64,000 bases of DNA. Source: Lepidodermella squamata. Lineage: Eukaryota > Animalia > Gastrotricha. Positions within the stretch are counted from its first letter, which is position 1. Every line of letters starts with the position of its first letter. The notes under the pieces are model-generated. The model made no database searches, was not told the origin of the DNA, and saw only the letters and a list, made by a program, of their open reading frames with translations. The stretch spans positions 2,418,001-2,482,000 of the forward strand of contig JBLDXI010000033.1 in NCBI GenBank assembly GCA_047495785.1. The letters run 5' to 3'. Made by a program: the position numbers and the translations under genes. Shown here one piece after another: positions 37,001-52,403 of this stretch.

Positions 37001-40000
37001 ATGGCATGTGTCTTCCCGGGTTTTTCGAAAAAAGCGCAAGCAGTGGTCCAAGCTCAAGAGGACGAGGAAAATTCCGAATATGGTGAGTGTGTAAAATTCG
37101 AATTTTTTTTAGAAAATATCAAATCCCACCGAAATTTCGGAAAACAAAGGAAGCTATAGTAACTGATTAGCCAGTTCGTGAACAGTTTGTGTTGGTTTTT
37201 TGTTGTTGAAATTTGACGACTTGCGCTTGATGCGGCGACAAATTACGCGGCGCGCAATCAATGACACGGCAAGCACCCCGTGGCCAAATTGATATTCACT
37301 GTAAGTTGATATGATATGTTGACGCTACTGTGCGAAAAAGCACGCTACTTAGAGGCGCCGTCACGCTCGATCGGCGGGTTTTGATCGTCGAGGATTTTGT
37401 CTCATTGTTTTAATAATAATATTATACTAATGCGAAGAAAACCAGCGATATAAAATAGCAGCGCAAATCTCGGCTGCGAAACCAAGTCGCGCGCGCACAC
37501 ACTCTCAGCGCACACGGTCAGCTTATTAAGCGGATAAAAAGTGTCGCTTATAATAATAGTAAAATAAGATACTAACTGCAGCGCCTTTTCCGCGCCTCCT
37601 GCTGCTGCTGTCGAAGTTCGTCTGTATCAGCCGTGAGCTCGTCGCTTCTATGCGTCGCAGCCTTATTAGGCACTGAGATGCGCTGAGCGCGCGCGTTATC
37701 ATTTGTTGATCAAATCGACGGCGCGCTTGACAAATTTGCTTCTACTGCTAGTTATATTATCGAAATGCATGTGCGCTGCCCGTGTTTATTTCGCTCAGTG
37801 ACGACAACGCGCACCATCCCTTCTCACTTTCGCCTGATCAAGATATAATAGACAAAGCTCGCGAGCTAGTACAGAGCCGCGATTTATCCGATGTGATGGA
37901 TGTGTGTGGATGAAAGTAAAAGCAAGCGACTAGCAAAACAACCTAGGCCTGTCGTTGCAAATGAAATCACACGCCACGGATGTATAGTTATCGTTTCACT
38001 ACTTCCTCACAAAGAATGAAACTATCTAATCATTATGTTATGCTTCCCTGAAAAGATTATTATCCGATATCATTTAGACCGTGGCTTTTAATCATTTTAT
38101 TTGGCTTTTGCATTTTTTCTATGCGCGACTTGGCCTTTTCTTTTTACTAATGATGTTACCAGCCTTTACAAGTACGGCGTCATCGATTCAATAATTCATA
38201 TCTCGCAGCATTTTTACGTCAGCGCGTGCAGGCGCTGTGTCTAATCGGAATTCTTTGGACGGCCGACGATGCTGAAAAAAGATGCCGCAGCGTTCATCGC
38301 CGCCGTCACAGCGACGGTACCGCCTTTGCCGCAACCGCAACATCACCACTCTGCCGAGAGTAGTCGCCTGGAAAAATGTTAGGCTCGATGGAATTAACGA
38401 TTTAATAGATAAATCAATTAATCAATTAATATACCAAGTCCCGCCCTTGCTGCGCTTCAATAGGCGCGCAAGTCTAGACGTTTGTCAACATAGACGTAGT
38501 ACATGAGATTTTGAGCCGTTTTTTTGCTTTGAAAAAATAAGCGCGTTTAAATTTGAACTCCATGATGAAAACTGACAAATGTATGTACATTCGACTTTAA
38601 TTGAACATTTAAAAACAGTTTCCCCGCTTAATCACCAAACCCTCGTTTAACCTATTCATTTTTTCAGTGAAGGAAGTGCTGGCAACCGAAAAACGAGATT
38701 TTGAAATCAGGTGGCTCGGCCCGCCTCCGGTAAAATTTACCTTTGCAAATTGCCATATTATGACCTTTGCTGTTTTAGCCTGTGACGGCGAGCACTGAGC
38801 ACGCAAGTAAGACTGTTTCTGACTTATCTTGTCTGAGGTCGCTGGGCCGAGGCGCTTTCGGTCACGTGATCCTCGTAAAATACAAGCCAGATGATGGCAA
38901 ATACGCGCTGAAGGTTCTACGAAAGCAGCTAGTCGTACAGCGGAAGCAGATTCGAAACGTTATCAATGAGAAAAAGATCCTCTCCTGCTGCAAATTTCCA
39001 TTCGTCCTCAAATTCGCTTTCAGTTTCAAGGTTAACTGATTGTCTTGCACTGACCATCTAAAATTAACCCCTCTCAATTTCTACAGGACTGTTCCAATCT
39101 ATACTTAGGCCTCGAGTTTCTAGATGGCGGTGAATTTTTTTATTACCTTCGACGTCAAAAGAAACTAAAGTTTGTTAATTTTTGATATTTGAGTTGAATA
39201 TACCGAGCTTTGCTTTCAAACAGAGAAGACGATGGAAAGTTTTATGCTGCCCAAATGGTGCTCGCTATCGTTTACCTTCACTCCGTTGATGTTGTCCATA
39301 GGTAAGTGCCACGTCATTATTTGGTAACTCCAACTAAATGTTTCTATTTTATTCAGAGATATTAAACCAGAAAATATTCTGTTCGACAGAGATGGTTACA
39401 TCAGAGTATGTTGGCCTGCTTTAAAATCATACCTTCTTTCATTAATTGATTTTTTTAGCTTGCTGATTTCGGATTTGCCAAGCGTCTGCGGCCTCATGAG
39501 CGAACTTGGACGTTTTGTGGCACTCCCGAATATGTTGCTCCAGAGATTATCAAAAACAAAGGCTACAATCGCGCAGTTGATTGGTGGGCTTTTGGTAAGT
39601 TCCAATATTATATAAGTAGTTTCAAAATTTTTGGGTAAAATGGTAAAAAGTATTTGAGAAGAGCTTTTTAGCGATATCAAGAGTGAGTTTCCTCAGTTTA
39701 ACTCGAAATTGGCTCCAATATCGGAAGTTACGATTTCTACGTTTTCCTATACAGCAACAACGGCATAAAACGCTACTAAATTTTCAACGTTAGCATTCCC
39801 CGCTGCCGTAGTTAGGCTTAAATTTCCTCCGATTTTAATCTCGTCAATCGGGAATCGCTAACTGGTTGTAAAAATTCGTATTCTTGCAGGTATTCTCATT
39901 TACGAAATGTGTGCCGGTCTGCCGCCTTTCAACCACGACGACAAGCTCAAATTGTACGACTACATTGTAGGATGTGAAGTAAGTTCCGCAAATGTACATG

Positions 40001-40328
40001 AAACGTTGAAGTTAACGCTTAATTGCCTTAACAGTACGGCTTTCCGTCAAGTTTTTCAAGGGACCTTCGCCACATAATCGATAATCTCCTTCAACCGGAC
40101 TTGTCACGCCGTTTCGGCAATTTGAAGAACGGCGTCAAGGACATTATGCAGTCGAAATGGTTACGCGGAACAAACTGGGACGGCTTGCTAACAAAGCAAG
40201 TGAAGCCACCTTACCTGCCGCCCGATGATATGGACAAGCTGTTTTGCCCTGACAAAAGCACGCCGCATATTGACAGTCCGAAACCCGGCGCGAAGGACGA
40301 ATACACTCAGGAATTTGCTGATTTTTAG
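37001..40328 (+). CDS. cAMP-dependent protein kinase catalytic subunit-like
   Basis: [50 protein letters not shown] and C-terminal EFADF. Many short introns and a 1.6-kb first coding intron. Confidence 0.9.
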
Positions 40329-41008
40329 CCACGAGTTGTCGCTACTCCTAGCTAAATGAAATACCTAGCCAAAACGTATTGTGTCTCCATCGTTTTTCGA
40401 CTACTTAACTGTCAAATTTCGCCAAACATTCAGCGCCGAACATGCATTAGAGCCATTTTCAGTCATATTTTGGAAAATTTTGTACATAAATGTGATTTGT
40501 GATGACATTTTATCAAAGGCGGAACTTGAATGTCCGCTCTTATCCAACTTTTGGCAGAATATGAGCGCACCCACGCTAAATTTTTGTATCCTGATTCTTC
40601 TGTGTTCTTGTCCATTTTTCGTTACAGCGTGATTCGTCTTTTGTGCAATATTCGAAGTTCGGTCGTTTTGTCAAATGCTATAAATTTTGCGCCTAGTCAT
40701 TGTTTTTCTCGCCATTAGAGCGGCGGAACTACCTTACATCTCGTCCTTTTCTCTCTGGAACAAGCCTGTATGCTGCTACACTTTCATGCGATTTATTTTA
40801 GAGAAAAAGTTCACTTATAACCCGCGAAATTGCTTCGAATTGTTATTTATTTGTATGAAACGTCACCTTACGTCGCGTTGTCTCTATAATGGAAAGAATT
40901 GAAGGATTGCATCAATGATGTTCACGAAAATTATTCTTGTTATACATAATTTAAACGACTAAAAAACTGACAAAATAAACTTGAAAATGGGAGTGATATT
41001 AGGTATGA

Positions 41009-42364
41009 CTAATAGTTGTTATCTGTTGCTGAATCTTCTGTCGCATCATCGCCATCAAACACGAACCCCCCATAATGGGCTGAACTCCGGCGCCGTTGCC
41101 ATGCCGGGGTAACAGGTGCGTCCAACGGCCTTTCCTTGATGAAATTGTGCAACTGGTGGGCTACAATTTTTTCATAGTTCTTCGATTGGGTTTCAATTCG
41201 TTGCTTCCTCTGAATCAACGGCTCGTACGAGAATAAATGAACTTGCGGCTCAACGTAAACTATATGGTTAGGATGATACTTTCCATCGCGATAAATCCAA
41301 TCTGTATAAACTGTCTCGTTCGGAATTAAAGGCGGAAGAGAAGGCAGCGACTTCTGCGAATTGTGTCTCCATGGCTTTTCATAACCTTGCCGTTCTGTTT
41401 TAGAGCCATCATTACCTGCTGCTACGTCACTTGACGTCACCAAAGCCGGTAATTTTACAGGTGTTCGTGATTTTGCGATTTGCTCTACGACATTTGTAGA
41501 TCGACTACGAGGGGTTTTCTTGCCGTGGTCCGGGCTTCGATCGGCGAAGCGGACGTGAGATATTGTAGCATCCTCAGGAATCGGAACCAATGTAGACATA
41601 ACTCTTCGATCCGATTTATTTGCTGGCTTTGGGGCGATTTTTATTGCTGGAAGATATGGCGAAGGTTTTGGCGTTTCTTTCGATTGCTTTTGTGCGATAT
41701 TTCCGATTTTCCGAGCGGGGGAAGTTTCTCGTTTTACCGGAGAATGGTGGCGAGTTTCATCTGCTTCGGTATGTTTCATAATTGACTTGGGTTTAATTTC
41801 AACTTGCTCTTCCTCTTGTTCAACTTCAACGCTCGCACTCGTCGAGCCGTCGTCAGACTGACTAACTGACGATCCATCTAGCGACCTTGAACCATGTTTG
41901 AAGCCGATAAAACGACTAGATTTCGTAGCTTCTATTACGGAAGTATGCCGATTGAGCGAGGTCTGAGCGATATCGGAAATCGCAGTTAGTGACGAAGTGA
42001 GCAAAGCCGCCCGGGATGCGCGCCGTTCCATCTGCTGATTCTCGATTTCAGCCTGCAGCTGGCGTTGTTTTCGCTGAGCCACTTTCAATATTTTGAAACG
42101 CTTCAAAGCCTGTTTGTAGATTTTGTTCGCCTCGCCTTCCAGCTGCACGACTTTTTGCCGCTTCTGAAGGTAAAATGAACGCAGCTGACGGTCCAATACC
42201 CGCTCAACTGTTCGGTTTTGAGCTTGGGTTCGACCTGAGTACTCGCGAGGGTGATGAACAGCTACGAATGGAAGAAGGTCACCATACATGCGCTTCGCTG
42301 GAACGTCCATTTGATCGCGATCTTTGACGAAGTCATAAAAATTTGAAACCCCGAACATCGTCAT
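41009..42364 (-). CDS. Uncharacterised protein B (451 aa, intronless), paralog of protein A
   Basis: Long ORF with ATG, preceded by TTTTAG. Shares terminal domains with 9874-11656. Confidence 0.85.
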   Translation of the reverse strand: MTMFGVSNFYDFVKDRDQMDVPAKRMYGDLLPFVAVHHPREYSGRTQAQNRTVERVLDRQLRSFYLQKRQKVVQLEGEANKIYKQALKRFKILKVAQRKQRQLQAEIENQQMERRASRAALLTSSLTAISDIAQTSLNRHTSVIEATKSSRFIGFKHGSRSLDGSSVSQSDDGSTSASVEVEQEEEQVEIKPKSIMKHTEADETRHHSPVKRETSPARKIGNIAQKQSKETPKPSPYLPAIKIAPKPANKSDRRVMSTLVPIPEDATISHVRFADRSPDHGKKTPRSRSTNVVEQIAKSRTPVKLPALVTSSDVAAGNDGSKTERQGYEKPWRHNSQKSLPSLPPLIPNETVYTDWIYRDGKYHPNHIVYVEPQVHLFSYEPLIQRKQRIETQSKNYEKIVAHQLHNFIKERPLDAPVTPAWQRRRSSAHYGGFVFDGDDATEDSATDNNY

Positions 42365-42970
42365 GTTTATAGTCTATATTCTAAAATACACAGAAAACCG
42401 TCATTCCAGCTAGTAATATAGTAGACAACTAGCAAACGGATAAGGCAATGGTTTAGATGGTAAATATTCAAATAAAATAATAGCTTCGCATCTAGCATTG
42501 CTGAATCTTCTGGTAACTTTCCCGTACTAAATCCAGCTGTGCTATGGAACGTGAAGTGCCTTTCATTGATCCAGTTGTTTCAGTGGCAAAATGTAGGTGG
42601 ATGTATCCAATAGATATTGCATTTTAAATTGAATATTTTCAACCTATTTGACGTTTCATAGAGCGAGCTAGTTTACTATAGACAAAGAGAGGATATTTTA
42701 TTCGAGGAAAACGCTTGCATTTTGATTCCGAGTCTGCTAAAAATGATATTGAGACTGCTGGTAGCTAAATGTAAAATTTGCCTAAGTTTGAAGGTTGTTA
42801 AGTGGAAAAAACGGGATGAAATGGGTACAAGTAATGGCGATTGAAAACTGGAGGCAATAGCGTCCCTTACGTACACAAGAATGCTAACGCACTGGTTTGC
42901 CCATCATTTTAGCACCCGATAAATCGATGTATAAGACAGATTAAAAAAACTGCCGGCGGGGCTGTGATCG

Positions 42971-42989
42971 CTGCGCCACCTGGTGGCAG
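42971..42989. promoter_or_regulatory. CTCF-consensus site (candidate insulator)
   Basis: CTGCGCCACCTGGTGGCAG; the reverse complement contains GCCACCAGGTGGCGC. Intergenic. Confidence 0.45.
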
Positions 42990-43258
42990 TTACTATAGGC
43001 ACCAGCGAACAGCAGGACATAGTTCGTAGCGCATCAGCTTTTCTTTATTACACACACCACTTTTTTGTCGCACTGCGCGCCGCAGCGGAAGTCTGGCTGC
43101 CAGGTGATAGCCATCGACCCAATCGAATTATTTTCACACAAAAATAGAGCCCATACCATGAGTTTATTTTATTTTTTCTCGTTGAAATAATATCGAGTGA
43201 AAGAACAATTTTCTGATTTTTTATAATAAGAAGTATAATACCAAGCGACAGCATTTTT

Positions 43259-46200
43259 TTAAGAAATAGCGTACAAAATTGCGGCAAATACCAGGACGGC
43301 TGATTGCAGGGACGCGTATCCGGCTTCATTGTATTTGCACTCGACTTTGACGTTTCTGAGCTCAGGACAACGGCCCTGTTGGCGCAATGTCTCCGTCACG
43401 GCGTCGTCCTGAGCGCATGTCCCATTAACGACTTTAAACGCACCCGAATCGACGACACTTCGCGTTATAAGGCAGTTGAAATTGTAAAAAATTGTGTCAG
43501 CGTACTGCTTCCAGTTTTCTATGACTAGTAGGAAGAGATTCGTACTTGGAAGTGACGTCACGTAGTAGTAACCGGACATGCACGGCCCTGACACGTTGCC
43601 GGTAATGAGACCACCCTGACTGAACTGCGACTCATCGATAGAGAATTTGATCACGTCCTGAATACAGCCGTACTCATTAACGAATTTAGGAATCGGCCCT
43701 TTGTCTTTGTAGAAGTTGTCCAGCTCATCGGGTGTAGCTGGGATTCCTGACAATGTGACCTTCGGGGCGTAGGGTGTGATGCCGCAGACACCTTGAAACT
43801 CAATCGATTCGTCTCGTCTGATCAATTTTTGCCGATCAATCAAGTCCTTCATGACCTCGCCCTCTTTTCGGCCAAGGGTTACACCGCGATATTTCCGCTC
43901 ATCCAACGCACTGGCCTCGAGAAAGTCCGGATCCATGATCACGTGACCACCCGCGTTGAACAGGTAGCATCGAGTTTGACAGTTTGGCTCACCGTCCGGG
44001 CACTTGTACGTTCGACCGCAAGACCTCGTGTGGGCCGGGTCGCTGCTCTCCATCAACTTCATAGCCTTATCGTGGAAAGTGTTGTACAAAATATCGAGAC
44101 TGGTGACAGCCTCCACACGTTCCGTCGCGCAACGATGGCGCTCTTGCATACCCGGCTCGGCGGGCGCGTCGCTCAGGTAGCAATACCCGATGATGCACTC
44201 GCCGTTGGATGTGCACGGACACCCGCCAGGTAACGCTCGACCCTCGCGAGAGATGTTATTACACTCAGCAAGGCTCCGCATCATCATGCCCTCGAAAACA
44301 GACTGGCTGATAGTGATGATTTTACCGACGCCAGCCGCGTCCTGGTAAGGGGTTGAAATCGTCGTAATGTTCGGCTTGGAAATGGCTGTTCGGTACCAGC
44401 CACGCTTTGTCGGATCGTAGTCACGTTGACTGGGACTGAAGTAAAACAAAAATGAACGATAGATTTAAAAAGTGGGACAAGAATACTCACTGGCCGGGGT
44501 AAGTTCGGAAGACGCCACTCCTAAGACCAAGATAGGTCCATTTTACATCATCGATCCAATCGTACTGTCTAGTTTTCCAATGGTCTTCCACCGGCTGCGT
44601 TAGTAATACATCGGCCCTGATACCTTTTTCGTACTTTTGCTCAGACTGCGGCCCGCACATTATATCTGGGTCATCGCCATTGATCCACTGATGCGCATCG
44701 ACGGTTTTCTGCGCCAAATCCTCGCTGTACATGTACTTCTCAGGGTCGCAATGAACGCGCTGGGGCAGGAAAATACTCGAGTGTCGACTCGTCACCCACA
44801 GGTTAGGGTACTTCGGGGTGTTGAACTGAACCTCCATCTCGTCGTAAATATCACCGAGGTGCAGCCGTGCTGTAGTCGTGTTGTATTCCTTCAATGCGTT
44901 GTAGACGCTGTAAATTCGAGGCCGATATTGGGGCGGGGGATCCTGACTGCGACGGAACTCCATGTCGGTGTCGTCGAGATTAAATGCGAAGGCAAATTGG
45001 CCGTTGCTAACACCAGCGTAGTAGTAAGTCGCAGGCGAGCCAGCGATTCGACCAATGACTTTACGGTTCTTGGTCACCCTAACCGAACCTGACTTGCCAG
45101 CTCGCATATCAGCTTCGATTTGCTCGAACTCTTTAGGATGGCCATCTTTTGTTACCTCCAGTTTGTTGATTGGAATGAAAATAGGATCTTCGACGAGCTA
45201 ATTTCAACAGAAAATTAATCCGATATATTGAGGGAAATCAGTTCTAGAAACTCACATCAGCACTGGGTTTGAGCATAGGATGAAAGATAGTTTCCCCTTT
45301 GTTGTTGATTAGGAACAAATAGACGGTACCCCACTGATGTCGGGCGAAAAAGTATTCAATCAATTCGAGGGTTGCATCGACTCCTGCGACTCCAATTGTC
45401 CTAAAATCGAGGCGTTAAGTAACCATTAACGGGAAAATTCCCATGTAACTCACATTCCTTGTTTCACTTTGCTGATAATAGGTACAGTATAGGTTAACGT
45501 GAGACCTAGACCCCATGCATCCAAGTATGGACTGGTCCATCGGCTGGCATCGCCTCGCGCATTAGTGGCTAGAAAGTTGAAGAAGCTGGCCATTTTTGTA
45601 ATGAGGTTTTCGCCATTGTCCAATTTGGTCATCGATCCGCCATGGTCACAGGCTAATTTGCCGGGAAATTCTTCGCCTTCATCTTGGATGAGGAAACTGA
45701 ATAGCCGCATCTGAAAAACCTGTTGATCATGAATTCAATTGCGATTTCGAACTTTTACCGGTGGATCGAAATCTTTAGTCATCTGCGAAGTGAGATTCCA
45801 AACTTTGTCCCAATCGTACTTACAGATAGGTCCTATAATCAGACATAGGTTAAAGAGAATTCAAATTTTTGGTGGTGCAAAGTACCTGGCACGTAGCCAC
45901 TTCGTGTGTAATATCCGGGGCCACATCTAACAGTCTCGCCGTCATTATCGCGGCCATCCGTGATGAAAACAATAATTGACTGGCAACCTGTGACAACAAA
46001 ATTTTAGGAATTGGTAATTGAAATTTTTTCATTTATTAACAAACCTGTTCTAGCTTTTCCTTGAAGCAGCTCAATAGCTTTCGCAAACCCAGCTCTGTTG
46101 GAGCAAATAAAAACATAAAGAATTGCCTATTTGGCTATTGTTCTCAACGTACTCTAATTCACTGGTTCCGCCAGCTTTCAAGTTCATAATTTTTTCGATC

Positions 46201-47358
46201 AAATCCTTCCGATGAGCATTCGTCGCCGGCACCATCATATCAGACTGACAGGATAGAGTTTGGGTTTCGAAAGCGAACCATTTGCCGACCGAGTTCCAAT
46301 GGCTCGCCCGGGCACAAACTACATTGACGTAGTCTTCTTTCGTCAACTGTAAAACAACAAAATATAAGTGATAAGTGGCAAGATTTGGGGAAGCAATCAT
46401 ACAGTTTCAATGACATTTTTAGCGACCGCTTGAGCAATGGAGAATTTCTCCCCAATCATAGATTGGCTGCAGTCGATTACGATAACAACATCTTTTGGAC
46501 CGGAAATCGCAGCGATGTACCACGGCCGAACTCTTGGGTCGTAATCGTTGTAGAACCCAGCGAAATTACGGTCCCATTCTCGACCCGGGAAAATTCTTAC
46601 GAATCCTTCTTTCGAGCCGAAATACTGCCAGCGTAATCTTGGGTCCTCCTCGGCGTTCTTTTTGAAAACGTCATCCAACTCAGCACTGAAGTTTACTGCC
46701 CAAATCATTCCTCGATCCGTTCGAGGAACCTCATCGGAGATTTTAACAGTCGACAACTTCTCAGTCGTCCCTTGACGGTAGTAACTAAAATAGGGATTAA
46801 ATCAATTCCTTAGTGAGGTGGTGAAAAAATGAATACAAACTGGTTAAAATGAAGAGGAGGCATTGTGTTGACCAAGTCACTGTCAGCGTAACGACCACTC
46901 GGCTGCAAATCGGCGACTTTTTCAACGCCGGTCATTTTTTCAGGTGGATAGTGCAGGATTAGCCGATCGTGAACTTCAGCAACCTTGGCAGCGATTGCTC
47001 GAGCTGCACGTTCTTTCTGCTCGAAGAACTCGCTGAGCTCACTTTGGACGGTTTCTATGAGTTTGAAACCGTCCTTCTTCTCGAAAGTGTATGTCGCCTT
47101 GTCGAGAAGGGCCTGGGTAATGTCTCGTTTGATGCCGTCATTCGCCAGCTGTAAATTGAGCTAGTTTTACACAAATATTTACAGAATTTGTGAATGATAA
47201 ACCTGTAAAATGTAATTCTCAAGCATTTGCGCCCAATTCATGACATCGCCGGTCAGAGTGGCGCCATCTTCCTCTGGCGTTGTTCTGTACACCTGCGCCC
47301 GCGTGCCGCTAATAAGCAAGATTAAACAGGTGCCAATTACGAGTGAATGGCCGGTCAT
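43259..47358 (-). CDS. VWA + Cache domain protein, alpha2delta/CACHD1 family
   Basis: Signal peptide MTGHSLVIGTCLILLISGTRA, WQYFGSKEG, YDPRVRPWY, GPKDVVIVIDCSQS (MIDAS), PYLDAWGLG, YDPTKRGWY and a hydrophobic C-terminus. Multi-exon. Confidence 0.88.
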
Positions 47359-48366
47359 TTCGGCGCTGAAATTAGGGCGGTCTAATTTCCAACACCTACT
47401 CTGCTGTCGGCGAAAAACTGTGAATCGGGCGAATTTTCTTACACGCCGTGGCTTATAAAATAGTAATATATATGGCAGTACTGGAGGAAAAAGTACGTGA
47501 GCGAACCGAGAGCCCGGATGCGAATGCGGTTCTCGTAAAACTCGGCTAAAGAAGGCACTGCTTGGAAAATCGATTAAATTACGTACGCCATTTTGTTTGT
47601 TATTTATGTGCATATAGTCATAAGACGATACAATGACGAAGATGACGGAACGGATGCAAAAATACTGTAATAGTCGAGAGGCGCGCTCGGCCTGCGCCCA
47701 TCTACTATTATAAACACGCGAATTCTTATGCGCCCGCAGCGATATTTACGGCGATCGATTCGAATCGATCGCTATACGCGCCTCATTATTATGGGCCGCT
47801 GGAGAAGAAGTCCCCGACTGCGCCAAACCCATACAAATGACTTGCAATTGCTATTATTCTTTCCCGCTCGTTTTGTTAGCCGGCACTAAAGGAGACAGAT
47901 ATACATATATACACGCACGCAGCCGGCGCCTTTAGGCCACTTCAAGGCCCTGCTATGTCAACTTGGGTCAACATAATTGGAAAATTGACAGCAATAAATT
48001 GGCCGGTTCACGCCTGGTCGTTCAAATTTTATTACGAAAATGATTTTTACAAAGTGTGGGCCGAACACGCCTTGCTACGTGTTGACGGGTGCCTCAAACA
48101 TAAACAATAGGTTACCGTTATTATTAAACAGAATTCAAACAATTTCATAAATCAACAGCAAATCTCTAAATATCATTATATTCATTTCTGATATATCAAA
48201 CTAGTCAGATAAAATTAGGCTGGGTACAGAAGTAAAAACTGACTTAGAGTTAGAGAGATAGATCGAGCAGCACGTTGAAAGTACACTGCTCCAATCTTTG
48301 ATATATAGAAATCGTTTTCTGCTGAATACCCGATGTGTGCTTTTGAATCAGAGTGAAAAACTATCG

Positions 48367-51678
<3,312 letters not shown>

Positions 51679-52403
51679 CTAGAATCGCAAATCGCAGTAT
51701 TTTTAATTATTTTGAAAGCAAAGTTAGGCAAGACTGGGAGAGCAGCCAGTAGAATGCGGCAAATACAGGTCAATGTTCAAGTGCATGACTGAGAAGCAAG
51801 AAACAAGAGGGTGTCACTGCAATCCTGCTTTCTGCATTGCGGATGAGTGACTGCGTTGGATTAACGGCAAATAATCAATGGTATAGTAAATAAGTATATA
51901 TATTCCTGCTACATATTGCTCAAATTAGCGTATAGCATAGTAGAAGAACACAACGCACAACGCAAGAAGCTCATTTATCTCGAAGCCGCAAGCCACAGGT
52001 GCAGTAATCACATTTAGGAGACTCAGAATGAGCCTGATATCCTCTATCTGGACATATAAACCATGCGGAAATATTTAACTAGGGGTCAAATTTAAAGCGG
52101 CAGGCTGGAACATCTCAGCAAATCACGATTTTAGATTGCAGATTGCACGAACTATATTTAGGCGGTAAGAGCTACAAGTTTGGCTTAAGGGAGCAGCGTT
52201 AAATGCGTCAGCTGCTAGTTACTTAAGACAATATGTTTTTCGTCATGTATCCGAGCTCACTATATGTGGACGTAAAATAAAATCTGATTTCAGCAGCAAC
52301 AATTGACAGATCCCGCTATCAATAGAGATAGTTGTTGTTCAGATGGCTAAGAGCCTAGAGCCTATTGCTCTTCTCTCGCTGGTTTCAGACATCTAAACGT
52401 TTT

